Below are positions 11,987 to 21,240 of a stretch of 64,000 nt of DNA, piece by piece. Under the pieces are notes generated by a model. The model saw nothing but the letters and a program-made list of their open reading frames with translations, did no database searches and was not told the origin of the DNA. This DNA comes from Marsupella aquatica. Lineage: Eukaryota; Plantae; Marchantiophyta. Where the stretch lies: the NCBI GenBank assembly GCA_973895155.1, contig OZ316893.1, positions 8,867,839 to 8,931,838 on the forward strand. Direction: 5' to 3'. Within the stretch, counting starts at the first letter, position 1. Every line of letters starts with the position of its first letter. A program made the translations under genes and the position numbers.

Positions 11987-12069
11987 GTGACGGAGGGGAA
12001 TTGAACCCCTAATTGAGAAAGGATCTCAAGTTGCCAATCCGTCACCCCCTATCCTATCCCACTACACCC
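11987..12069 (-). ncRNA. tRNA-like Pol III cassette inside the P-like element
   Basis: A-box-like GGGTGTAGTGG. B box GGTTCAATTCC (11997-12007) sits in a T-arm-like hairpin agggg/cccct. Closing stem gtgacgga/tccgtcac and an extra hairpin ttgaga/tctcaa. TTTT at 11961-11964. Confidence 0.45.
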
Positions 12070-12078
12070 ACTAATATT

Positions 12079-12158
12079 AACAAAATAAAACATATATACA
12101 GACTCTCAAAAACTAAACAACAAAATAAAACATATATACAGACTCTCAAAAACTAAAC
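12079..12158. repeat. Perfect 40-bp tandem duplication just 3' of the transposase stop
   Basis: aacaaaataaaacatatatacagactctcaaaaactaaac x2. Confidence 0.9.
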
Positions 12159-12171
12159 AGTAACATGATAT

Positions 12172-15100
12172 TCATACCATTGTTTGAAGATACTGATCCA
12201 AAGCACGTCTATCTATTGGATCCAACACATAGATACGATCCATAACCCCTTCTTTCATGGTTAAACTAACACTAGCAATGACCATTTCAATATCCATCCA
12301 TTTCAAATCAGTGGTATCATATCTGAATTCACTTTTGCTCTTACCAATAGGACTATACCAATTTAACAACAGTTCACAAATGTTACCTGATTGCCCTGCA
12401 AGTGGAGTTGGCCTATCCATCAAATCAATTGGTGACCGACAATTGCCCCACCTACTGCCATACTTCTGTCTCATTTGGACAATCCGACCCAACCAAAAAT
12501 ATTTCTTACCTGCTGAGATTGCCTCCACCACAACCTTATTCTTTCCTCCCTTTCTTTTTCCAGATCTAGTACTTGGAGCAGGACTATCATCAGACTCAAA
12601 TGCAATTGCACAATCAGTGCCAACATCAACAAAACATGAGTTAGGATTGACTTCTTGCACTTTTCTCTTGCCAGTACTATAGTATAGCACTTGTTTCACC
12701 CTTGTCAGCCTATCTTTTGACAAATGCGGATTTCCTACCAACTGGCTTACCAGAGTGGATTTGTAAATCACCTTGCCTTCATAAGTAACAGTAGGCACTA
12801 CCTTGGTACGATTCTGTACATTAGTTACAGCATGGACAACTGATCCAAACACATGCCGAACTTCATGACCTAATGTCTCAAGCTCATCTGAGGGGTCTAC
12901 ATCAAACTGTATATCATCTCTGTGTACATCATCTGAATGCATCTCAGGAACAACAATGGGATCTGGTTCTGTTAACCATGCATCTATTCTATTCAGATCA
13001 TCCTCAGGATCTTCCAATTCATGAAAATCTCCAGTTGGGCGAGGACCTATGTCTGGTGGTTGGTGCTCTACTTGCTCCTCAGAATCATTGCAAACAATTG
13101 CTTCCTTCAGAACCACCTCTAGTGGCCAGGTCTCACTTTCCACAACCCAAGGACATGTCCACCATCTCTTTCTAGCTGCTGGTAAGGAACTTCGTGGAGA
13201 CATCTGCAATTGATGCATAAGATCCTTAGCAGCAACAAAACCTTCTTTAAGGGCTGCAACCACTAATTCATTAGTCTCAATGAGAGAATAGTCAAGTAGA
13301 TTTGGTGCTTCCTCCCCTTCCCCTATAGGATGAATCTTCCCCCATACATGATCTTGTTTCTTATGTGAACGACCTATCTTCAAGCCTTCTGGTCCATATT
13401 CTAGGGCAGCAAGCCGGTTCAGTCCAACAGCACTATCCAATAGAGAGCCAAAATCATAATTCCGCTCATGGCCACTCATGCCTCCTACCTTGCTGAAGAA
13501 AATCTCACAACAATCTGAACCTAGCAAGTGGAAGGGAACACCTAGATGTGGGAACTTATCTCGAAAGGCACAAATTAATAGCACAATGAAATGACATGAC
13601 ATGTTAACATCATGAAAAGCCTGAATAGACATCATGTCTTTCTCAGTGTGTGCTGCAAAGTTCCCACCCACTGAATGGTCACCAAACCTCAACCACAATC
13701 TCCACAAACGTAGAAAGAATGAAACCTTGGATGCTAACACAATACGGGACCTCAAATCATGAACTGGAGAAAAGAAAATATCTAAGTAATCTGCACAAAT
13801 CTCCAAGTACAACTGAGTTCCTAAACTTCGTTCATGTTGTACATCTCTCCTCTCATACATATCTTTCAGACATTGCTGCACTCTTCTTGCTGCTATTCGT
13901 TGTGGACCTGCCCAATTCTGCCGGTCAGTCCTATTCACATCATCCCAAGCCATGCCATGTTCATGAATTGGATAATGATTGTAGACATTAGCTACATAAG
14001 ATAAAGATGCATGTTGATCTCCTAGCACCAGTAAAGAAGACACTCTGTCTAAGGGGTTTATCATCTTTTTCCCATTATGAGGTTGGTCTTGGTCACCAAA
14101 GCCATACAAATCTCCATTTGGTAGAATTGAAACAGAGTATGTCCACCCTTCCCACCCAACTCCGTACCTTGGGTATGATCCATTCTGCCCTCTGTAATCT
14201 TCCAGCATCAGCTTTCGGCGACGTGCATCACCATCACTAGCATGTCCAAGCAAAGGGCCTACCATAGCTCTACAATATTCATCCCAAAAAGCCTTTAACT
14301 GGACCCAATGCTCTCGTACCCAAGAAGCTGTGAACTTATTACAAGTTGGAAGTGCACACACAGCCAATTTAGGTAAGGACTCATGCAGAGGATTCACAAT
14401 CACAACTCGGGCATACATGCACTTGGGGCATTGTTCAAATGTACTTACAATTTTATCATACCCCTCATCACCTTCACCAACTAGAATTTCCAAACCATAG
14501 GAGCATACATGCTGCTCTGAAGGTCCACAGAAACCAATGAGAGTATCATACTTTGCCTCCCACCTGAAACACAGACATGCAATTTTTCAATATCACAGCA
14601 ATTCCAGCCAAGTGCTACTTGTAAAGTCATTAAAAAAACAATTGGAAAAATGTCCAGTTCCAATTACCTAGGGCGTTCTTTGATCCTTGTTTCATCCTCA
14701 GCAAAGATAACAGGCACATCCCCCTCAATGCCCAATGAGTGCTTTGCAGCAGACAACACTCTAGCAATCTCCTGAAAGGTTTCCTTCCGTAACCCGGTTT
14801 GAAAAGGTGTGAGTTTTGCTCTATCACGTTTTAGGGTCACAAGGCTAGGGGCTGTCAAGTTTCGTGCAAAACAATGAGCAACTTGACGGCCCCCAAATTG
14901 GAACATAGCCTGAGCAATAGCTCGAGTCCTATTACTGTAACGATTACCTTTTGGCTTCCTGCCTAAATTGCGAGCTACATCCTTCAAGAAATCCCACAAA
15001 CCCTCCTTACCACCAAATGCACCATTCCTGTGTCCATTCAAAATACTCCTAAGAAACAATCTCAAATCCTTCCTGTCTGCTGCAACTCCTAACAACTCCT

Positions 15101-16748
15101 CTAGTTTTCGTTTCCTGGTGCTCAAGGCACATACTTTCTGAGCCTGCAAAGCTAACAACCAACGCTCTTTTCGTCGCACAGAGTTCAGGTTGTGCACTTG
15201 ATCTCTTAACTCTGTGTTGGTCAAATAATCCAAACGTATACCACCAGCAGTGGTTCGGCTCCCTCTGTGGACTACTGCTTCCGCTTCCCTGTGCACCCGT
15301 CCACGAAAATCATCTTCTAGTGTTATAGAATCACATTCACTACAAGTTAGATTTTCAAATCCTCCTCCATTCTGTGATAACCTCAAGCAATCCTTGTGTC
15401 TAAAACAGCCTGCTATACTCACAACACTCTCTCTACTTGGATGGAAAACATCCAAGCAACAACTTGGCTCACAATGCCATGTAATTCCCCCAGACTGATC
15501 ATCTAAAATGCCAGAAATATCATAAGATATACCCTTCCATAACAGTCGAGGCACACCTCTCTCTACCCATAATCCCCAGCAAAGCAAACTCAGACCAAGA
15601 TCAACAGATTCACACACACCTGAACCTGAACCTGAACTGCTGCCTGTCCGGGACCCATCATCTTTAAAGAACTTCAAAATCCCGCTCTGACCAGGATGTA
15701 GGTCCCTAGAATCAGTCCTCTTTGGCCTGCCCCTCTTCCCAGACCTCAAGGCAAGCATTTTTGTGTCATGCCTAGTCTCCAATGCATCCAAGTGATCTCG
15801 ACTCACTAAGTGTGTCCTCAAATTGGGCTCCAAGGTAAGCTTCTTGGGGCACAAGTCAGTGTGAAGCATTCCACAGACAGTACATCGAACCTTAAACAGG
15901 AAAGACCTGTTTACATACTCAGGAGTACTGGGATCAGGAACAATAGAGAATAGTTTGCCATCATCCCCAAGCTCAGCATTCAATCGTTGAACTATCTCAA
16001 CACCTACTTTGATGGCGTCTGCATGATCATATTCTGGCTTCTCAGAGATGTCTGCTACCTGAACCAAAGTAGAAGGAATGCCCCTTCTCCGACAATAGTT
16101 ATCCTTGTGCTTATTGAAGACCAAGTGTTTGGTCTTAAAATTACTAAAGCAATTGGAGATGGATTTAGGGTTCTGAGAGTTGTCTGCATTGCCATAAGTT
16201 TCCCTACATTCAAGACACTCCAGATGCCCTCGAACATCTGTCCCCTCATCCCAGGTACGAATTCTCCAATTGTGATCACCATAACCCTTCTTATGTACCC
16301 ATTTCTCTAACCTCATCCACTCATCTTTCCATAGCTTTGATGGGACATCTCCCATCAATTGTGACTCAAAAGAAGCCCTTACAGGGGAGGGTGCTAGTGC
16401 CGTTGGCCCCAGTTGTGGTGTCCCAGTATTTGGACCCAATGATGCAGGAGTGCAAGGATGACAGGGTACTGGTGGGATCCTCCCACCATCTCCAAGTTCT
16501 TGTTGTACAACAATAACTCTTCCATCCAGCTCAGACAGATCAATTAATTTCTCATGTACAAGTTTCACTCGACCAGGAAGTCTCTCATCCCAAAAATCAA
16601 AGTCAAAGTCTAGAGTAGAGGCAATACGAGCCCTAAAATCATGTAGGGTGTGTCCTTCTTTGAATGACAAAACACAAATTGGTAAATCAGCCTTGTCATC
16701 CCCAACTTTGCGTATTAATTTAACAGAGTTGGGTTTAGGGGCTGCCAT
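12172..16748 (-). CDS. P-element/THAP9-like DDE transposase, 1,490 aa; exons 16748-14668 and 14563-12172, 104-bp GT-AG intron
   Basis: Splicing ag|GTAATT...TTTCAG|g joins the 694-aa and 773-aa ORFs in frame (DETRIKERPR-WEAKYDTLIGFCG). Motifs in P-family order: RYS...APSLVTLKR helical region, FAEDET, ASDGD, DQPHNGKKMIN (DxxHxxK), DRQN, GSDCCEIFFS (catalytic E). N-terminal CxxC...H...H zinc fingers and a KRGRPKR AT-hook. Confidence 0.85.
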
Positions 16749-17243
16749 TGCAATACAAATCTAGAACATGCATAGCACCATTGCTTTTGGAGTTGATAAC
16801 AGAAAGACCTGCACAAATACATTTGAAATACACACAAGGGAAACACATTAGGATCTTCAAGAGATGCAATGACAACATACACATTCTCATGTAATGTACA
16901 TAATGTCAGCATACATTTAACAATAGAAGTGCTAATAGGCCAAAACACTTTATAATGCAATCCATCATACATGCAAATGTATTCAGTGAAAATCATGATA
17001 TACCGCTAAAGTTGGATAAAATATCTTTGGACAAAATATCCTTTTCGCCTGCTTTTCTAACAATTCCCGAAGTTTAGTGCTTCTGCTCATCAAAATGCAG
17101 CACTATTAGTGACCTTAATTATGACAAAATGTCAACACTAATAAAATTGGGTACTACCACCCATGATGCACCTTAAGTATGTGCCTTGCTCATACCCCAC
17201 TAAGACGTTGAAACCTAAGTAATAGGTTTGTTCATTATTCAGA

Positions 17244-17918
17244 TCATTGGAGCCATGAAATGTGGTCCCTGATTGGAGTCTTGAGGTGTGGATCAATAGG
17301 ATGACGGGGGCAATAAAACATCTGTCGCTGTTGTCCATGTGCTTCATGGTCCCAGATGTCCCTATCATGAGCGAACCCTTTGCTTTTGATCATCTGGAGA
17401 CAATCTGTATGCCAGGCATTTGGACATCGTAGACATTGTACCATGTTCTTGACCATCTGACCCTCAAGACTCTGATAACATGTCACACATGTATGCAGTG
17501 GGCAGGACTTTGCATCAGCTACCAAACACCCAAAGCAATAAAATCGTACACAAAAACGATCAGAGCATTTTCGCACAATTGTAGGTGACGGTCCCACAGT
17601 GCGGCACCCATAACACATGGCCTGGTCCTGGTTACAATTTGGGCAAAACCATGGCTTCCCTCCATGATGGAGGGGAAGGACTACACAGGGGCAAGAGTCA
17701 TTAGGGGCTTCATCTCCAACCACATAATGAAATTGCCTGTGACATGGCCCATCACAAATTACCAACTTCCCACCATGCTCACAAATTGCACAAACATGAG
17801 GGCTAGTTTGTAGAATCTCTTGCTCAGAGAACAACGGAATACGCAATACCTCTTCCAAAGAGGCTCCTCTGTCAGAGGACTGTGTTGCTTTCTTTATGTT
17901 TGAAGTCCTTGTCGGCAT
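17244..17918 (-). CDS. Stand-alone EDM2/NSD-type tandem PHD-finger protein, 224 aa (transposon cargo)
   Basis: CAICEHGGKLVICDGPCHRQFH...WFCPNC...CYGC...CSDRFCVRFY..C...CPLHTCVTC...CLRCPNAWHTDCL...YCPRHPIDPHLKTPIRDHI follows the cysteine spacing and C-terminal signature I recall for the plant EDM2 PHD module. Intact ATG-to-stop frame; splice acceptor 7 nt upstream of the ATG. Confidence 0.8.
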   Translation of the reverse strand: MPTRTSNIKKATQSSDRGASLEEVLRIPLFSEQEILQTSPHVCAICEHGGKLVICDGPCHRQFHYVVGDEAPNDSCPCVVLPLHHGGKPWFCPNCNQDQAMCYGCRTVGPSPTIVRKCSDRFCVRFYCFGCLVADAKSCPLHTCVTCYQSLEGQMVKNMVQCLRCPNAWHTDCLQMIKSKGFAHDRDIWDHEAHGQQRQMFYCPRHPIDPHLKTPIRDHISWLQ

Positions 17919-18234
17919 GGTTCAACTGCAATCATCACAAAGCACATCACATATGAGGGGGACATGATGATAGTGAGCAATCCATAGACAAAGATAAGGT
18001 TAATCATAGCACCTGCTCCAATGATCTGCAAACCTCCCTCCCAGATGAAGTCAACTACACAGTGCAACCTGAACACCCACCAACCAAGACATACATAAAT
18101 ACAATGCCAGCTTGCAAAACTTTGCCACATAATGGGAATGAAAAATATTCTCATATATCATGGATGGTACAATTGCAGCCTTGCAAACAAAGGCCTAGTC
18201 ATATATGAACAACGCATCCATGTACTATCAAGGA

Positions 18235-18633
18235 CTACAATGTCAAGCATCCATGGGTTGTAACCTTAGCTTGATCTGATATACTATCTGGGGCTACAAT
18301 ATCAAGCTCAGTTGAATGTGGAATACTATCAGGGACTACAATGTCAAGCGTGTCCGGGATGACAATCTTGCGTAAAAGACACTCATTTTGAGGCCAAATG
18401 GTTGGCCTTATACAAGAGCACTTCCAACGACGTGTGACAACTTTGCCATGCTTTCCCATGTATGTCCTAGTAACAAGCCTTCCACGCATTTTCAAGCAGA
18501 AGCAATGGAACCATTCAAAATTCCCATCACCAACCCTGCACTTGACACAAGGTTCACACCAGCAGCATTCATCTGGATGCTGCAGAAGGAGCTTCTCATA
18601 ATTCGCTTCTAATATAATGCCCAATATAGCCAT
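18235..18633 (-). CDS. Small Cys-rich protein with a divergent ING-type PHD-like motif (transposon cargo)
   Basis: CCWC..CVKC......EWFHCFCL...WKCSC resembles ING PHD EWFHxxC...WxC. ATG start. IV(I/V/A)PD repeats at the C-terminus. Confidence 0.5.
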   Translation of the reverse strand: MAILGIILEANYEKLLLQHPDECCWCEPCVKCRVGDGNFEWFHCFCLKMRGRLVTRTYMGKHGKVVTRRWKCSCIRPTIWPQNECLLRKIVIPDTLDIVVPDSIPHSTELDIVAPDSISDQAKVTTHGCLTL

Positions 18634-19288
18634 GGCACTATTTTTTTATACTCGGTGAATGGCCAGACGATTAGACGTGCAATGACAGGCAACTTACAAT
18701 TCACTAGGTACACTATGTGTTCTAGCAAACTGCTTCACCGCAAGTGTTGGTGCTCACTGCTGCAAGCGCTGATGACAACCTCTACAATTCCTTTTGCAAC
18801 CTGTGAACAAAATTGAAACCACCATTCAATTTCTAAGTTTCAAAAACTTCCCATTACATGAAGACAACCAATTGGCCATGCATGTTACTACAGCAATAAA
18901 ATAATAACCCAATCGCTCAACAGACCTGAATAGCTAACCTGAATAGGATCAAGTTCAGAATCCAGAATGGTAATGCCCTTGCCCAGAAGCTTGAGAAACA
19001 AAAGAGAATTTAAAATCAAGCACGAGCGTCATCCACGTCTTGACCAGGCCCGCCACCCAGTATGGCTGGAGGCTGTGGTCCCCCCTGGCTGAGTAAACAC
19101 TTAAAGAAGTCTTCTCTTCTAGATGACTTAAAGAAAATTGCAGGAACCAGCCAACGGGACACCAAGGCATGTAATAGAGAACCAGATTTGTGCGGGTGTG
19201 TGGGGGACGACAGAAGTCAAGTTACATGATTTTTTTCCTGGGGTCCAGCCCATGGATGGAGATCATGTAAGGTGGTCAATCATGGCAA

Positions 19289-19693
19289 GTGCAATCATTG
19301 GAGACCTGTACTCGCGGTTACTCTAACGATGCATCCAAAAAACATGTGCGTCAAGTCGTCGATGCGGACACAGAAGGAGAGATGAGTATGGACAACGTCG
19401 AGACAAATGACGACAATACTGAGCTAGTATTCGGCTGGGAAGTTGGAGCTGGATCTCAGCAGTGGCTCCAAACCTTATCTGCGAGGGCATGGCGAGCTCT
19501 GGAGGACAAAATACTCAAAGAGCTTATCGCCATTCACGGAGCTCAGAACAGGAATTTTATAGCTGAAAAGCTAAACGGGCAGATCAGGTGCTTCCTCGTC
19601 TATGACCGCTACCAAATCGACTCTAGGTGTGCCATGCGTGATAGATTTGGGCGTCAAATAGTAGCAAGCAAGCAAGTACGATCGTCAAAGTAG
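19289..19693 (+). CDS. Hypothetical 134-aa ORF inside the P-like element
   Basis: Open frame with protein-like composition, non-ATG start, no recognised motif. Confidence 0.2.
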   Translation: MQSLETCTRGYSNDASKKHVRQVVDADTEGEMSMDNVETNDDNTELVFGWEVGAGSQQWLQTLSARAWRALEDKILKELIAIHGAQNRNFIAEKLNGQIRCFLVYDRYQIDSRCAMRDRFGRQIVASKQVRSSK

Positions 19694-19869
19694 GCAGCGC
19701 CTACCTCCCGATTGAGCAACGCAGCAATGCAGCTCCAATCCTGGCACTCCGGTTTGAGATATCGCAACACTCCCTGCAGTAGCCACCTCCCGTTTCAGCA
19801 AGCTAGCAGCTCCCGTTTTAGAAAGCAGCAATGCAACACTCTCGACACCCACCTCCCGGAGCGCAACAC

Positions 19870-20700
19870 TCTTGCTCGATCCTTCACTCCCGGGTTCACT
19901 TCAAGCAGCAGCGCAGCTACAAAGTCTCGCTCTCCCCTTCACTCCCGGGTTCACTTCAAGCAGCAGCGCAGCTGCAAAGTGTCGCTCTCCCCTTCACTCT
20001 AATCAGCACACGCAACTGAGAAGTCTCGCTCTCTCCTTCACTCTAATCAGCGCACGCAACTGAGAAGTCTCGCTCTCCCCTTCACTCTAAGCAGCAGCGC
20101 AGCTGAGATGTCTCGCTCTCCCCTTCACTCTAAACAGCAGCGCAGCCAGGAACTCTTGGTCGATCCTTCACTTCAAGCAGCAACGGCAACAGCACAGCCG
20201 AGAGCGCAACACTCTCGCTCTCCCCTTCACTCCAAGTAGCAGCGCTTCACTCGATCCTTCGCTCGATCCTTCGCCGAGAACTCTCGCTCTCCCCTTCACT
20301 CTCGCTCTCCCCTTCACTCCTTCGCTCGATCCTTCGCCGAGAACTCTTGCTTGATCTTTCACTCCAGCCGCAGCAGCAACGCAGCTCGATCCTTCTCCGA
20401 GAAATCTTGCTTGATCCTTCACTCCAGCCGCAGCAGCAATGCAGCTCGATCCTTCACTCCAGCCGCAGCTCGATCCTTCACTCCAGCCGCAGCTCGATCC
20501 TTCACTCCAGCCGCAGCAGCAACGCAGCTCGATCCTTCACTCCAGCCGCAGCAGCAGTGCAGTCGAGAGCACAACAGGAGTCGATCCTTCACTCCAGCAA
20601 CAGTGTAGTCGAGAGCACACTCTCGCTCGATCCGACCTTCACTCCAAGTGCAGTCGAGAGCACACTCTCGCTCGATCCGACCTTCACTCCAAGCAGGAGC
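19870..20700. repeat. Subterminal tandem repeat array of the P-like element (ctcgatccttcactccagccgcagcagc-type units)
   Basis: More than 20 copies of ccttcact cores with variable gcagcagc spacers. Explains the overlapping repetitive ORFs here. Confidence 0.9.
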
Positions 20701-21240
20701 ACAACTGGTTTAGACCCCGTTTAGGCCATTTGCTGCAAGGTACAAACAAAAGAGACTCTGTTGAGGCAAAGAGCGGGTGGGGCCAAAGGGATAGTGGAGG
20801 GAAACGACACGGGAGGGACTGACAAGGGCCAATTGAGGTAAACGAGACACGTTAAACAGAAAAATTTCAAACTTAATCCCGGTCAAACCCTAAACGTGAG
20901 TCCCCATAAAACCAGATCATTCTCAAATTCTTGCCATGTTAACATATTAGAAAAATTAGGAAAATATATTGGGAATGTTATGTGTGCCACGTGTACCAAT
21001 GACATAGTGACACGTGTACTTTACATAGTCCGACACAAAGACCCCCTAACTTCTTTGTATGCCTTCCATCTACAAAGTCAAAAATATTAATATCCCTATT
21101 ATTCTTACAAGTTGTCCAACATATAAAGTTGGCCCTATTGTTCTTACACAAATCTTCTTAAGTCTTCCGAGAAACCCAATTAACGGACCCTATACTTCGT
21201 CGCACGTGATATGAGATTTTCGCGGAGTGAGACCCCCGAG

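Larger units (their letters stand above)
11525..21240 (-). mobile_element. Intact 9,716-bp P-element-like cut-and-paste transposon with PHD-finger cargo
   Basis: Perfect 15-bp TIR CTCGGGGGTCTCACT (11525-11539 / 21226-21240). Perfect 8-bp TSD GTTTGGTA (11517-11524 / 21241-21248). Removing the element plus one TSD restores the hAT frame (...DAQKKIPN|TTVTMRGAQ...). Confidence 0.95.

Noticed and set aside
12172-16748. Classifying the nested element as hAT because of its 8-bp TSD
   Set aside because: No BED/CxxH/WW/ERxFS hAT motifs; the motif set fits P-type transposases.
17919-17930. Splicing of the upstream Cys-rich ORF into the EDM2-like ORF as one protein
   Set aside because: The acceptor at 17926 is followed by an in-frame TGA two codons before the ATG, so this junction would lie in the 5' UTR.
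19870-20700. Possible CRISPR-like array
   Set aside because: Spacers are themselves repetitive and irregular, there are no cas genes, and the context is eukaryotic.
19712-20822. Cluster of overlapping ORFs with LDPSLQPQ / RSFTPAAA repeats
   Set aside because: Translations of the tandem array in all frames; no sign of a preferred coding frame.
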